Below are positions 1 through 13,690 of a stretch of DNA of 64,000 nt, piece by piece (positions within the stretch are counted from its first letter, which is position 1; each line of letters starts with the position of its first letter). The notes beneath the pieces are model-generated. The model was not told where the DNA came from and ran no database searches. It saw nothing but the letters and a program-made list of their open reading frames with translations. The DNA is from Eledone cirrhosa (Eukaryota). The stretch is taken from assembly GCA_964016885.1 (NCBI GenBank), contig OZ024757.1:27404001-27468000 (forward strand). Reading direction: 5' to 3'. The position numbers were made by a program, and so were the translations under genes.

Positions 1-1410
1 GGGGATAACCCCTAAAATTCAGCTTGGTTATAGATTTGTACAAAGAGAACTAACGTGTATAAAAATCTCAATGTAATCGACATAGCAGTGAAATCTCCCC
101 CATATCACACTTTACAATCTAATAAAACAGGGCATGAATTCGTTGAATAATGTGTACTGGGGTACGTACAAAAGATGGAACAGACACAGCAAGAACGGTT
201 TTGGTCATCAGTCTACCTTAATCAGGGCTGATATGAAGCTAAACAACAGCTAAAAATATCAATGTGTGTGTGTGTGTGTATTTGACAGAAAGAAGAACAC
301 GGTAGTTCTTATGACCCCTTTCAGGGCATCTGACATTGGTGGGAAAGAGGAAGAAATGTTTGCAAAGTTAGGAATTGTGAGAGTATTTTCATTGCTGGGC
401 ATCGGTAAATTTTGTAAGGTCATTCATTTAGTTAGTATTTACTAGCAAGTGTGTATGTCGCCTGATGTTGACTACCTAACACTGATGGATTAGTTAGGTA
501 CATCTGGAGCACCACACAATTTAAAAGTACTATGCTTTAAGTTATGTCCCTATCATAATTAGATACATGAAAAAACAGCCGAACTCCCACTGTCATCGCC
601 TCCATCTCTCTGGCCCTCCCCATCTCTCCGTATGGTGAGTAAATGGGGTCCCACGTGCTGGCCTCCCCACTGCCCCGGCGGACAGAATGGAGAAGGCATT
701 TCCCCATGGAAGATGTTTTCTAAAAGCACATGAAAGTCAGGTGATGGTGTTAAACCGACGCTGGATTAAGTTCTACCATCAAAGTTGTCTCCGATGAGAT
801 TTGAGCTCAGAATTCAAAGAGCCTGAACAAATATCGTCAAGCAATTTTCCGCTCGCTCTAAACCCTTAGTAATTCAGTCAATTCCCGCCCTTAATATGAC
901 AGGATTTTTAATATAAAGGGAGACAGAGAGAGCGAGAGAGAGAGAAGAGGAGAAAGAGAGAGAGGGGGAACGGGGAGAGAGAGAGAGAAAAGGGAGAGAG
1001 AGAAAGAGAGAAAAGGGAGAGAGAGAGAGAGAGAAAAAGGGAGAGAGAGATAAAAAGAGAGAAAAGGGAGAGAGAGGGGGGAGAGACATATATGCCTTTT
1101 TGTGAATATACGTGTGAGTAGATTTCTTAAAAACGTAAATCACGGATATTACAATAAGTTTATCTTATGTATAGTTATAGGAGGGTATAAGTAGTTCTTG
1201 TCATAGTTAGACAAGGAAAAATATCGGGAAACGAATGAATACCTCAACATCACTCTAGGATAAATATCCAAAATTCAAATTTAAAAACAATGAACAGCGC
1301 ATGGACCCTATCTGCTCACAATAGGGAGAGCAGGAGAGACAGAGGCAGTGACAGTGGGAGTTTGGTTCCTTTGTGTTCGAACCAGGTGTATATAGGTGTA
1401 TGTGTATATA

Positions 1411-1681
1411 CAGGGGCCTCGTTTGCCTTAAAAATGTGAGGAGGACAAACCAACAGTTGTTGATTCTTAAAGGAGCATAAATTGCTTATGGTGCCTTTCC
1501 GGCACCCTATCACATAAGTAAAATTTTATGCTAATTAAATTTTATATATTCAAATGAAGTTCAGATATAAAAGAATAAGATTAAAAATAATTTACTATAT
1601 CAAATAAACAAAAAATAAAACATAGACGTTTGAAAAAGTGGGGGACCTTGTCCCCTGGTACCCCCTGAAACAAGGCCCTTG
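1411..1681. mobile_element. hAT-type MITE with 8-bp TSD tgtatata
   Basis: caggggcctcgttt...aaacaaggcccttg; tgtatata on both sides. Confidence 0.75.
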
Positions 1682-1693
1682 TGTATATAAGAG

Positions 1694-1879
1694 ATAATTG
1701 TTTCTATTTTTGGCACAAGGCCAGCAATTAATCAGTACATTACTGGTACTTTATTTCATCGACCCCGTAAGGATGAAAGGCAAAATTAACCTCGGCGGGA
1801 TTTGAACTCAGTCCGTAAAGGGACATAACTCTATGCTGGAAAGCATGGCGTCCGGCTCTCTACTGATACTGCCAATCCA
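1694..1879 (-). mobile_element. tRNA-derived SINE (dominant family in the window)
   Basis: B-box gttcaaatcc plus conserved body gcctttcatccttacggggtcgat..aaagtaccagt..ggccttgtgccaaaa. Confidence 0.85.
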
Positions 1880-2059
1880 AAGAGATAATGAGTATTTGGT
1901 AGTATCTATAAATCAAATAAATCACACATAGACACATTGATGAACGGAAACGAAATATGAGTTTATTTTTATCCATGTTCGGATTTTGTGATGAATTGAA
2001 AAAATGAAAAAACTTTCATTGCATCGTATTTACCTGTATACATTAATGAAATACTGCAT

Positions 2060-2111
2060 GTCAACACCAGCAGTAGCATCACAGCCATCACTATCATCAC
2101 CAGTAAACACT

Positions 2112-2142
<31 letters not shown>

Positions 2143-3200
2143 CCATTAACATCATCATAGTTATCATTATCATCACCATCAACATCCTCATCATAGTTAT
2201 CATTATCATCAACAGCACTATTATCATCATCATCATAGCCATCATTACCATCGCCAGCACTATCATTACCACCACCACCACCACCACCACCACCACAACC
2301 AACAACAACACTATTATCACCACCACCATCAGAACCAGTACCATCACATATCCATATCACACGGTGATATACTGCTTCGTTTTACTATTAATCAATGCTA
2401 TCTGTCCCTTCACAGCCACCACCACCACTACCACCAACAACAACACCACTACTACCACCACCACCGCCACCACTACCACCAACAACACCACTACTACCAC
2501 CACCACCACCACCACTACCACCAACAACACCACCACCACTACCACCACCACCACCACCACTACCACCACCACCAGCCACCCTTATTATCACTCTTTCCAG
2601 AAGTTTTCTTGGCACACACAATACGAGGATGGGATCAAATTTCTAGCAAGACAAAAAACAAAAAAAAAAACGACACCACCACCACCACCAACAACAACGA
2701 CACCACCAACAACAACAACACCATCATCAACGACAACAACACCACCACCAACAACAACACCACCTCCAATACGTCACAACACCGACAACGACGACACTAC
2801 CACCAACAACGACAACACCACTGACAACAACAACAACGACGACACCACCACCAACAACAACAATACTACCATCAACAACGACACCACCTCCAATACGACA
2901 CAACACCAACAACAACACCACCGACAACGACGTCACTACCACCAACAACGTCAACAACAACGACACCACCACCACCAACAACAACACCATCAACAACGAC
3001 AATAACACCATCAACAACGACAACACCACTGACAACAACGACAACACCACCTCCAATACGACACAACACCAAGAACAACGACAACACCACCTCCAATACG
3101 ACACAACACCAACAACAAAAACAAGAGCCCAAGCAATAAAAACAACAAAGAAAAACAAAGAACAATTACAACAACAATAATATATAAGAACAACATGGAC
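2060..3200. repeat. Compound (ATC)/(ACC)/(AAC) trinucleotide tract
   Basis: Low-complexity sequence; similar tracts at 11120-11670, 25490-25690 and 40880-41330. Confidence 0.9.
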
Positions 3201-3289
3201 AATAACAATACCAAATATTACCATGACTATTTCTACGTCAAGCCCACCGTTTTCTTTTAGTATCTTGACCTGGTAAAGTCCTCTATTTA

Positions 3290-3670
3290 ATGCCCTTATG
3301 GTAAATAACTTGCTATAATTGTATCTGTAAAGCCCCCTTTGTGTTACCCTTGTGGTAAATAACTTGCTATAATTATATCTGTAAAGCCATCTTTATGTGT
3401 TACCCTTGTGGTAAATAACTTGCTATAATTGTACCTGTAAAGCCCTCATTATGTGTTACCTTGTGGTAAATAACATGCTATAATTGTATCTGTAAAGCCC
3501 TCTTTATGTGTTACCCTTGTGGTAAATAACTTGCTATAATTGTATCTGTAAAGCCCTCTTTACTAGGTACCCCTGTAGCAAATAATTCGCTATATTTCTA
3601 CATATAAAGCCCTCTTTACTTGTTACCGTTATGGCAAATGATTCGTGATAATTATATCTGTAAAGGCCTC
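3290..3670. repeat. ~59-bp minisatellite, ~6 units
   Basis: ggtaaataacttgctataattgtatctgtaaagccc repeated. Confidence 0.9.
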
Positions 3671-3918
3671 TCTATGGTCGCTGGAACGTCAAACCTCGCA
3701 TTCAATAGAGGCTTATGGCAGGGCCTGTAGCATATAGTATAAGGGGACCCTAAATTATATATATATATATATATATATACAGTATTTATATGTGTCGGAT
3801 GGTAGCTAGGATGCTTCCATAGGCGGCATGCCGGTTGAGCACTTTATACCCTCACAGAGCAGAGTATGATATAATATAAAACGAAAAATCAGTGATGCAT
3901 CTGAACTCAATTTATTGT

Positions 3919-4006
3919 GTGTTACAATTGTTTCGCCGGCGGACAGCTCGAGACGCGATCATTGTGTGGATCTGTCTGATTCTGGACCGGCAGGCTCGAC
4001 GGACAC
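3919..4006 (-). ncRNA. Degenerate hammerhead (core CCGTCGA) with long stem II
   Basis: Minus strand gtgt CCGTCGA GCC ... GGC GAAAC aatt GTA^ acac. Confidence 0.45.
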
Positions 4007-4070
4007 GTCTAATGATTTCGGAATATATATATATATATATACACGATATTAAATAAATGGAAACTATATT

Positions 4071-4135
4071 TATTTCATTATACATATTTCAGGGATACCA
4101 AATTAAAATATGGTATGCCTTCATCATACAAAATA
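4071..4135 (-). ncRNA. Degenerate hammerhead, same family as 10271/61855 (core ATGATGA)
   Basis: Minus strand tattttgt ATGATGA aggcatacca..tggtatccct GAAA TATGTATA atgaaata. Confidence 0.6.
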
Positions 4136-4645
4136 CAATATATAAACAGTTTTATAAATAATTTTGACGTACCCTATTAGATGCGACCATTATTTTTGGA
4201 AACTTGTCGAGTGCTTTATATCAGTTATAAAATATTTACTTGTTGTATCCCAACAATTTTAAATAGAACTTTTGCATATATATATATATATATATGGTGT
4301 GTGTGTATGCCAGGTTCAATTGAGGGTAACCACCGTAAGTAAGGTACTCAATATGTAGCAGAGTATAAATATTTGTAGTCCTGTAGAAGCCATTTCTGTT
4401 ATACACACACACACACACACACATATATATTATAACTGAACTAAAAAGAAAAACGAACACAGATATTTACATATATGTGTTCAAATCGTAATGCACCAGA
4501 ATCGCTAAGGTGAAAAAAATACTAACTACAGACAGTATGGTTTGCCAGACTCAATTTAAGAATAAATCAAGAAAAATAAATCTTTCTTCTTAGAGCTAAA
4601 TTACTGTAATGAGACTATTTTGAGTTTCTAACTCAATACATGCCT

Positions 4646-4715
<70 letters not shown>

Positions 4716-4723
<8 letters not shown>

Positions 4724-4925
4724 GTGAGGTTTTTTTTACAAAAGGAAAAATAACCGAGGTGTCCTACACGAGTGAAAGTATAAAGAAAAAGAGATGAAAT
4801 CGAAAATGCAACTGGAGTCTTATTTAAAAAAAAAATATATATATTTATTTGGTTCCTTTACCGGTTTCGCAGTTCTTCTGCTTTTCAAAAGGTGAGTTGA
4901 GATGGAGGGTCTGTGTTTTTCTCAC
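4716..4925. repeat. Dispersed repeat; inverted copy at 7490-7696
   Basis: ~200 bp of near-identical reverse complement, both copies next to (TA)n. Confidence 0.85.
4855..4892 (-). ncRNA. Hammerhead-like variant (core TTGAAAA)
   Basis: Minus strand cctt TTGAAAA GCAG aagaa CTGC GAAAC CG GTA^ aagg. Confidence 0.5.
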
Positions 4926-5800
4926 ATCTGGTTGGTTTCTGAATGTTACTTGTTTTATATGGAAAAAGTGGCTCGAAATGCCAGGTTTTTCGAGAAATAA
5001 TTTGATATATATATATATATATGATAATAATGATGGCTGCCCGTTGCAAATGGTGGTGCATATGAAAAAGTGAGTCCTTCATCAGTGACCCTCCAACCGT
5101 CCCAGGCATTTCATCGCTTTAAGGGCCATATGCCTCAGGTTGGTGCGAACAACAGCTAAAAAAAGTCGTTGGGACACGTAAATAAAGGGGACGTTAGGGT
5201 AACAAACAAAATGGTTTAAGCAACGGAAAGTGAGAAGAAATAGACAAGTTCCAGATCTCTATGAATATAAACTCGGTGAAATCGTGAACAAGAGACAAAA
5301 GACCATCAAACCTGGTTGAAATGTGAGAAAGGAAGGAATTTCGCACAAGTCTAACGGGGGGGAAGAAGAAGAAGAAGAAGAAGAAGAAGAAGAAGAAGAA
5401 GAAGAAGAAGAAGAAGGGGTCTGGTCTACGAATTCGGTAAACATAAGTTTTGTGAAGTCGCAGACGAAAGAGTGAGAGAAAAAAAATTCCATACCAGCTT
5501 GACCAGGACGCGCGAGAAAAGAATTTCACACAGGTCAAACTTGGAGGAGGAGGAGGAAAGAGGAGGAGGAGAGGTAGTGACAGAGAATGAGTGAGTGAAA
5601 GTTGAGGAGGAGGCTAACAGAGAGAGAGACTGCTAGAAAGGGTAAAAGGTACAAAGAACGAGAAAGGGTAAAGGTACAAAGGACGAAACGGACGGATGGC
5701 AGCAGAAGAAAGATTATGTGTAAATATGATAATAATGATGGCTGCCCGTTGCAAATGGTGGTGCATATGAAAAAGTGAGTCCTTCATCAGTGACCCTCCA

Positions 5801-5840
<40 letters not shown>

Positions 5841-6260
5841 ATGTAAGTATGTATGTATGTATGTATGTATGTATGTATACGTACATACATATATGTATAC
5901 AGACGTACAGTAGTATGTATATATATACATACATGCACACATATACATATGCACGTATCGGTTTACCGAACATTTATTATAATGCTCGGTTTGTTTGTTT
6001 GTAAACAAACAAACAGCCCGAATATACATACATACATACTTACATTTAAGTAAGTGCCATGCTAAGAGTGAGAAATGAAATTTCGTTTCATTCTATTCCA
6101 TTTATATATATATAAGTTAGTTCCACAACAATTAATAAACCATTATCGAGGACAGGTGTTCCACCTTGCGGATCTTCGAATTCGTCCTATGGACTGAGTG
6201 CTCTACTACTACGGATATAGCCATCCAATGTTCTACCACAATATATATATATATATATAT

Positions 6261-6472
6261 TATAAAGAAAACGAAAAATCAGTGATCCATCTGGACTTAG
6301 TTTATTTCGTGTTACAAATGTTTCGCCGGCATGTAGCTCGAGTCAAGAACCCGCAGAAGTAGAATCAGCCAGATCCATACAAGGACCATGACTCGAGCTA
6401 CATGCCGGCGAAACATTTGTAACACGAAATAAACTAAGTCCAGAGCATCACTGATTTTTCCTTTTCTTTATA
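6261..6472. repeat. Inverted repeat, ~85-bp arms, 43-bp spacer
   Basis: 6261-6345 versus 6389-6472; family copy at ~3790-4010. Confidence 0.9.
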
Positions 6473-6547
6473 ATATCTACACTCTAATCTGATGAATATC
6501 GTGTGCTAATTTTGGCATACCGCCTACGGAAGCACCATAGCTACCAC

Positions 6548-6657
<110 letters not shown>

Positions 6658-6671
6658 TATATATATATATA

Positions 6672-7014
6672 AGACGGCGATGAATTTGTTTTGTGGTTTT
6701 TTTTTCTATGAAATCGTGTGTCGAAACAAATATTGTTACACTTGGGGAGTCATATTGTTGTAATAATATTGCCAGAAATAATAACAGAACACACTCACTG
6801 TTTGGTTGGTTTTCGCTTCTGCATACTTTATATCTCCATAGTTAATTCATTCGGCCATCAATGTTGATCATTGACTGACTAACGGTAAAAAATACAGATA
6901 TAAATATATATATATTGTCTAACAAAGTTCTTTCGTTGCAACATCATCAATAGGAGGAAACATGATAATAGTATCACTGATGATGTTCCAGATGTGCAAC
7001 GAAAGAACTTTGTT

Positions 7015-7020
<6 letters not shown>
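6672..7020. mobile_element. Non-coding copy of the Penelope pseudo-LTR family of 28897-30650
   Basis: acggcga..gaaatcgtgtgtcgaaacaaatattgtta..aatacagata matches 28897-29132. Confidence 0.85.
6973..7014 (+). ncRNA. Minimal hammerhead, same family as 30403
   Basis: atca CTGATGA t GTTCCA gatg TGCAAC GAAAG aa CTT^ tgtt; a partial inverted copy lies at 6917-6949. Confidence 0.6.
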
Positions 7021-7049
<29 letters not shown>

Positions 7050-7055
<6 letters not shown>

Positions 7056-7372
7056 TGGCTGCCAACTCGTTTTCGAGTACGGCCACTACTTTATATCCAT
7101 GTAGGAGAACCCCTACCGATGCGCTGAATAAGTGTGACTTTTTAGTCCAGCCAGCGACTTGAAAACTCTGGTACAAACACTACACCTGTGACAATTATTG
7201 ACACATAGTGCTGGGCCCATGGTACCATGTGATGACAAGTGCAGAGAGATTTCCAGATATAAAGCAATGCCTGTGCCGTGAAGCTTTTATAGTGAGCAAA
7301 GGCACTGCACAAAACCAGTCCCACTCTCTTAACCAAGATGATATTTACCAAAAAGAAGAACAAGTCAACATC
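7050..7372. repeat. Unclassified dispersed repeat; homologs at 32940-33150 (+) and ~59550-59735 (-)
   Basis: Shared gcaatgcctgtgc..gaag.tttt..cccactctct..gtcaacatc and the terminal atggctgc. Confidence 0.6.
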
Positions 7373-7518
7373 GATATATATATATATATGCATATATATA
7401 TATATATATATATATATGCATATATATATATATATGCATATATATATATATATATTGTGAGAAAAAAATATATATATATATATTGTGAGAAAAACCACAG
7501 ACCCTCCATCTCAACTCT

Positions 7519-7556
7519 ACTTTTGAAAAGCAGAAGAACTGCGAAACCGGTAAAGG
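7519..7556 (+). ncRNA. Hammerhead-like variant (core TTGAAAA), second copy
   Basis: actt TTGAAAA GCAG aagaa CTGC GAAAC CG GTA^ aagg. Confidence 0.5.
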
Positions 7557-7687
7557 AACCAAATAAATATATATTTAAAAAAAAAAAATAAGACTCCAGT
7601 TGCATTTTCGATTTCATCTTTTTTTCTTTATACTTTCACTCGTGTAGGACACCTCAGTTATTTTTCATTTTGTAAAAAAAACCTCAC

Positions 7688-7718
<31 letters not shown>

Positions 7719-7824
7719 GATTTCTTGATTGACTTTCGTCAAATCGGACCGAGGAAGCAATGTTTCCGTTGGTCTTTCCAATTGCTAATACTATCTATCG
7801 GTCGCATCTCCAGGTAGAAGGAGC

Positions 7825-7935
7825 AACGTGAAATAAAGTGTCTTGCCCAAGGACATAACGCATTTCCCGGTCCAGGAACCGAACTAACAACCTCATGATT
7901 GCGAATCCAGTTCTCTAACCACTAAGCCACACGCC
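7825..7935 (-). mobile_element. Second tRNA-derived SINE family (CORE-like gtccttgggcaagacac)
   Basis: Minus strand ggcgtgtggcttagtggttag (A box)...gttcggttcc (B box). Confidence 0.65.
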
Positions 7936-8475
7936 TATATATACCGTTGTACTATAGCATAAAACAATTAGTGTAGGGCCCCTGAAGATGCAAAGCTCCT
8001 GAAATGGGTGGTCTATAGAAAATGCTACCCTCGCTACGGGGTTAAACACGGCATTGATTTAGTTGAAGCCCTATGAGTGATGATGTGCTGTGAGAGATTC
8101 TGAGAGTGGGGGGGGGGGTGAAGAAGGTGATGATGATGATGATGATGATGGTGATGAGAAGGTTTAAGAGGGTGGGGTGGGTGGGTATAATGTTAATGAT
8201 GATGAGAGGAAGATGAGGATTAGGGGGGGGGGATAACGATGAGACAGTTGAAGAGATGATTATGATGAAGATGATGATGACGACGGCGACGATGACGATG
8301 ACGATAATAATGATGATGATGGTGGTGATGGTGATGAAAAAGGAGATGAAGGGGCTGATGAATATGGTGATGATGATGATAATTTCTATTATTTTTCTTT
8401 CTGACTTTGATAAGTGGGGTCATTATTTACATCCATTTGGGTCTCTGTAAATCAACGTGACACTGACAGTCATCG

Positions 8476-8518
<43 letters not shown>

Positions 8519-9327
8519 TATGTATATATATATATATATGTGTGTGTGTATGTTCATATATATATATATATGTATATATATGCATATAAATATATGTATG
8601 TATATATATATATATATGTGTATGTATATATGCAACTATATCAATATCTCTCTCTCTATATATATATATATCTTTATATATACATATATACATATAGCCG
8701 GATGGCTGAAACAGGTAAAAGAGTAAAAGAGTATATATATATATATATAATATACAAATTTATATATGTATGTATGGTAAAACTTGTTTTAATAAGATAA
8801 AATACGAGATTTCAAAAAATGCTTGAAAAGTTTCAAAGACAAACAGTAAGATAGTTAACGAATGTATTATAACAAGACCAGCGACAATAATAGACTTTGA
8901 TGTTGCCGTGTGGTTAGGGTGTTCACTTTGGAGTTTTGTTCCACTGTGGGGCACCATAGGCAAGTATCTTCTACTATAGCCTTGGGGTGAGCAATGCCAT
9001 GCGAATGGAATTTGGTAGACGAAAAACTGTGCGGAAATTTATCATATGTATGTGTGTGTTTAATTTATATATATATATATATATATGCGTGTAGGGATAT
9101 ATACTTTATTATTATTAATCTCCCCCTGGTTGAGATAAAATTTGGTCGTTTTGACTGCTGCTATTTATAGTGGTAGTAGACTGACCTTCCTGCCTCTGCC
9201 TTCTATCTTTGCACACGGCACTGGACAGAATTGCTTCCACATCATTCATTCTCATCTCGGGAACAATTTTGAATAGCGCCAGTTCGTAATTCGAACTCGG
9301 GAATTTTATATTCTCCGAGTGAAAAGA

Positions 9328-9413
9328 ACCTCCTGACGATAGTTTATCTTTTCAATGGAGGCCCGCAGGGACTATCCATTTATTTTTGAGACTCGAAACC
9401 GTTCGGTAAAGGT
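9328..9413 (+). ncRNA. Type I hammerhead ribozyme with extended loop II
   Basis: acctc CTGACGA tagttt ... agactc GAAACCG tt CGGTA^ aaggt. Confidence 0.65.
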
Positions 9414-9480
9414 AACCATAGTAAGTACAGTGAATTTTTTGAAATTTATTTTAAAACTTTTTCTTATTTGCTAAACCTTG

Positions 9481-9544
<64 letters not shown>

Positions 9545-9788
9545 ACAAGGCCAGCAATTAACCAGTGTATTACTGGTACTTAATTTTATCGACCCCATAA
9601 GGATGAAAGGCAAAGTTAACCTCGGCGGGATTTGAACTCAGAATAGCATGACGTCCGACCCTCTACCGATACTGCCAATCCACCGATAATAATAATAATA
9701 AATTTGAAGACTAAAATCCAAAGAGGGCTCGATAAGGATAAATATATATCAAATATATAAGAACCGTAGAGCATAATCTGTTATTTTA

Positions 9789-9822
<34 letters not shown>

Positions 9823-10124
9823 TACAGAATAATCAAAACTATGTTCAAAACATTTTATTGGTGATAATGGTTTCTTCCAAACGAAAGTTTGGAATCATCG
9901 GAGCACTAGCAAAGTTTAGACTTATAATTAACCTCCTATTCCACAGAACAATTGTAAAGTTACGTAGATATTAGTGTTGTCATTACCAGTATATATATAT
10001 ATATATACATACATATATATATAAATATATATATATGCAAAAGTTTTATTTAAAATTGTTGGGTTACAACAAGTAAATATTTTGTAACTGATATAAAGCA
10101 CTCGACAAGTTTTTGGAGTAGATA

Positions 10125-10379
10125 TACGATATTAAACAAATGGAAACTATATTTATAAAACCATATTTATTTCATTATACATATTTCAGGGATACCAAGG
10201 CAGCCTACTAATTTAATGGTCGCTTATATTATGGTACGTCAAAATTATTTATAGAACTGTTTATATATTGTATTTTATCTGACGAAGGCATGCCATATTT
10301 TTAATATGGTATCCCTGAAATATGTATAATGAAATAAATATGGTTTTATAAATATAGTTTCCATTTGTTTAATATCGTA
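10125..10379. repeat. Inverted repeat, 73-bp arms, 109-bp spacer
   Basis: 10125-10197 is the reverse complement of 10307-10379. Confidence 0.9.
10271..10336 (+). ncRNA. Minimal type I hammerhead ribozyme, same family as 61855
   Basis: tattttat CTGACGA aggcatgccatat-loop-atatggtatccct GAAA TATGTA TA^ atgaaata; stem II differs from the 61855 copy but still pairs. Confidence 0.8.
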
Positions 10380-10452
10380 CATATATATATATATACATAC
10401 ATATATATATATATAAATATATATATATACACACACATTCATATATACACAC

Positions 10453-10524
<72 letters not shown>

Positions 10525-10538
10525 ATATATATACACAT

Positions 10539-10593
<55 letters not shown>

Positions 10594-11380
10594 TGTCTGT
10601 CTAGCTATATATATAGCTAGACAGACAGACAAGTGTGTTATCGAACAGTGGTAAACGAATGTCCACTGCTGCCACTGCTGCTGCTGTTGTTCCCCCTTCA
10701 TTTTCCACCTCCTCCTCCTCCCCCTCCCCTCTCTCTCTCCCCCTCCTCATTCTCTAGTGATGTTGACATGAAACTCTGCAGATGACATTTGAAGTATGGG
10801 CGGTGATTAAAAACATTTCGCTGAATGAAGAAACGAAAACTCTTATTTTGCCGCCTCCGGCACAGAAGATCGACTCTAATATTTCATTTTTCTCCTTCAT
10901 GATTCTCTCTTGTTTTAGTTTGGGTTTTATTTCTTTTCTTTTCTTTCTTTTTCATTTTTTTCTGTGTTTTTGTTCGTTCGTTTCTTTTCTTTCTTTATTT
11001 TATCTTTTTTCCTTATCATCTTTTTTTTTTTAATTGAATGATTGTAAAAAAAAAAAATTACAAAAAGAACAAAACAAAACAAAACACGAATGATACTGTT
11101 TGAGAAACAAATCATGTTTTAACACCAGCAACAAATACAATAGCATCATCACCATCATCATCATCATTATCATCATCACCACCACCAACACCACCAGCAT
11201 CATCATCATCGTCATCCCCACCACCACCACCACTACTGTCATCATCATGAAACACCCCCACCGCCATCATCATCATCATCATCATCGTCGTCGTCACCAC
11301 CACCACCACCACCACTACTGTCATCATCATCACACCCACCACCACCACCACTACTTTCATCATCATCACACCCACCACCG

Positions 11381-11411
<31 letters not shown>

Positions 11412-11514
11412 CATCAACATCAACATCAACATCATCAACATCATCATCATCATCATCAACAACAATAACAACATCAACAACGGCAACAATCTCATCACCA
11501 AGACATCATCAACG

Positions 11515-11547
<33 letters not shown>

Positions 11548-12416
11548 CAATAACAACAATCACAACTGTTGTGACAACAACAGTAACAACAACTCCCACC
11601 ACCACCACCACCACCACCAACAACAACAACAGTCAGAGCAGAAATAACTTCATCATCATCATCATCAACTGGAACTTTAGAATCTGCCAATATTTTGAAT
11701 AATGTTTTTTAAATTTTATGTCAACTATCTGCCATGAGTTGCGACCGGTAGATAGTATGAGCAATGGAAAGACCAATGGAAACATTGTTTCCCTGGTCCG
11801 ATTTGACGAGGTCCCCCCGACTTGGTAAACGAATGAGGTCTGGGATCTTGTCGATTGATCAGAGCGATGTCAACTATATTTTATAAACAGAAGTTATACA
11901 ATGATAGAAATATTAAAGAAAGGTAAATACAAAATTAAGTAACGAAAGAAAAATGGAGGAAGAGGTAAAGAAGGGCAGATCTGGCTGTATAGAAAAGTAA
12001 AGGAAAGGATTATAAATGCCATAAATAAGACAAGGAAGGAAAGAGCAAGGACTATTAGGCAAAAATTCGCCGCCATTTTGAAGAGCAAAACTGTCAATAA
12101 GATTCATTTTTTTTTCATCCACTGAAGTAGGAGCAGGGAGGGATATATTGGGATATATTTTATTTTGTTGTTCAGCACTAGGATGGTCCTGATTGGTTAG
12201 GTTAATGATCAAAAGTGATCCAACCATGACCATCATGTTTTATATTACTAGATTATTCAATGTAGCTATGTATGGACGCGTAACTCCTGATGGAGTTGTA
12301 GGAACGCCAGCGTAAATACGACGTTTCTTGAGCATGTTAGGCCTGGCGGAGCTCTCCAGGTTCGAACACAGTCGATGTCTTCAAGAGAAGGAAAGAGAGA
12401 TTGTGTGTGTGTGTGG

Positions 12417-12469
<53 letters not shown>

Positions 12470-12481
12470 TGAGAGAGAGAG

Positions 12482-12543
<62 letters not shown>

Positions 12544-12681
12544 GTGTATATATATGTAGGAGGTGAGTTTTATTGTAGTACAATAAAGCAATGCAGATAT
12601 CGGATAAGAAGCACTCTACAGTTTGTACGACTGGAGTATACATAATATATAAGATCAAAAGATGGTTAAATGAGTTCCATG

Positions 12682-12752
12682 TATTTTATTATGCGCATTT
12701 CAAAAACAAATATCATCATGCAATAACATTTGTGTTTTCATCAGATAAAATA
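12682..12752 (-). ncRNA. Minimal type I hammerhead ribozyme (mirror copy in palindrome)
   Basis: Reverse complement of 12869-12939. Confidence 0.85.
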
Positions 12753-12868
12753 GGAGGACATGATATGAAGGTTAAAAAACACTTGTGGATAGTGCAGTTT
12801 TAAATCAACATATTGATTTAAAACTGCACTTCCCACAAGTGTTTTTTAACCTTCATATCATGTCCTCC

Positions 12869-12939
12869 TATTTTATCTGATGAAAACACAAATGTTATTG
12901 CATGATGATATTTGTTTTTGAAATGCGCATAATAAAATA
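12869..12939 (+). ncRNA. Minimal type I hammerhead ribozyme, intact core
   Basis: tattttat CTGATGA [~16-bp stem II] GAAA T GCGC A TA^ ataaaata. Perfect 8-bp stem I and a palindromic stem III/loop (TGCGCA). Confidence 0.85.
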
Positions 12940-13094
12940 CATGGAACTCATTTAACCATCTTTTGATCTTATATATTATGTGTATATATATATATACATA
13001 TATATATATATAGTAAAAGAGAGAGAGAGAGAGAGAGCAAGTGAACAAGAGATATAGAGGAAGAATCAACCCCAGTAATGGAATTGCCCTTTTT

Positions 13095-13690
13095 TTTCAT
13101 TGACTTCGGAAAGATGAAGGGCAAAGTTGACCTCTACGGGATTTAAACTCAAAGCGCAGAGAGCCGGAACGAGCGCCGCAAAACATTCTATCCGACATTC
13201 TAATGACTGTGCCAATTCGCCGTGCAATCAATGCAGTCATAGCTATCATTATAAGACGCCAGAGGGCGGTGAATTGGCAGCATGATTTGTGATATCCGTT
13301 ACGACTCTTTACGTTACATTCTGAGTTCAAATCCCACCCAGGAAAATGTTGTCTTTTATCATTCGGAGGTCGATAGAATAAAGTATGGTACCAGTCAAGT
13401 ACTGGATTCAATTTAAACGACTTCCCACTTCTCACAAATTGCTGGGTTTGTGTTTGTGTTAGTCAGAATTATAAGACTCCAGAGTGCAGTGGATTGGCAG
13501 AATCGTAAGAGCGTCGGACAAAGGATTTATGGTATTCGTTACGGCTCTTTACGTTCTGAGTTCCTATCCCACCGAAGACAATTTTTGCCTTTCATCATTC
13601 TTGGATCGATAAAATAAAGAACCAGTTAAGTACTGGTTCCGATTTAACCGGCTTTCCTCTTACCCTAACTTGCAGGATTTGAGCCTAAGT
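13095..13690. mobile_element. Cluster of three SINEs (one -, two +)
   Basis: Same SINE consensus at ~13095-13222 (-), 13262-13450 (+), 13485-13690 (+). Confidence 0.8.

Larger units (their letters stand above)
12640..12981. repeat. Near-perfect palindrome, 169-bp arms, 4-nt loop
   Basis: Centre aaatcaa-cata-ttgattt at 12809-12812; about 2 mismatches between arms. Confidence 0.95.

Noticed and set aside
1790-1880. tRNA genes at gttcaaatcc B-boxes
   Set aside because: No cloverleaf; these are SINE heads
2004-3005. 333-aa poly-I/T/N/Q ORF and similar ORFs (11100-11690, 40870-41437, 42109-43890)
   Set aside because: Translations of trinucleotide or minisatellite tracts that lack stop codons by composition; no domain or splice support
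3290-3670. CRISPR-like array
   Set aside because: Units are contiguous tandem copies with no unique spacers; eukaryotic context, no cas genes
5021-5140. CTGATGA on the minus strand downstream of GAAA (also 5728-5800 and 36466-36560) as a type II hammerhead
   Set aside because: Stem II and the UH cleavage site cannot be paired consistently; kept only as a dispersed repeat
11894-12236. Non-repetitive ORFs of 67-107 aa (also 16783-17010)
   Set aside because: No recognisable motif or clear splice frame; cannot be supported by eye
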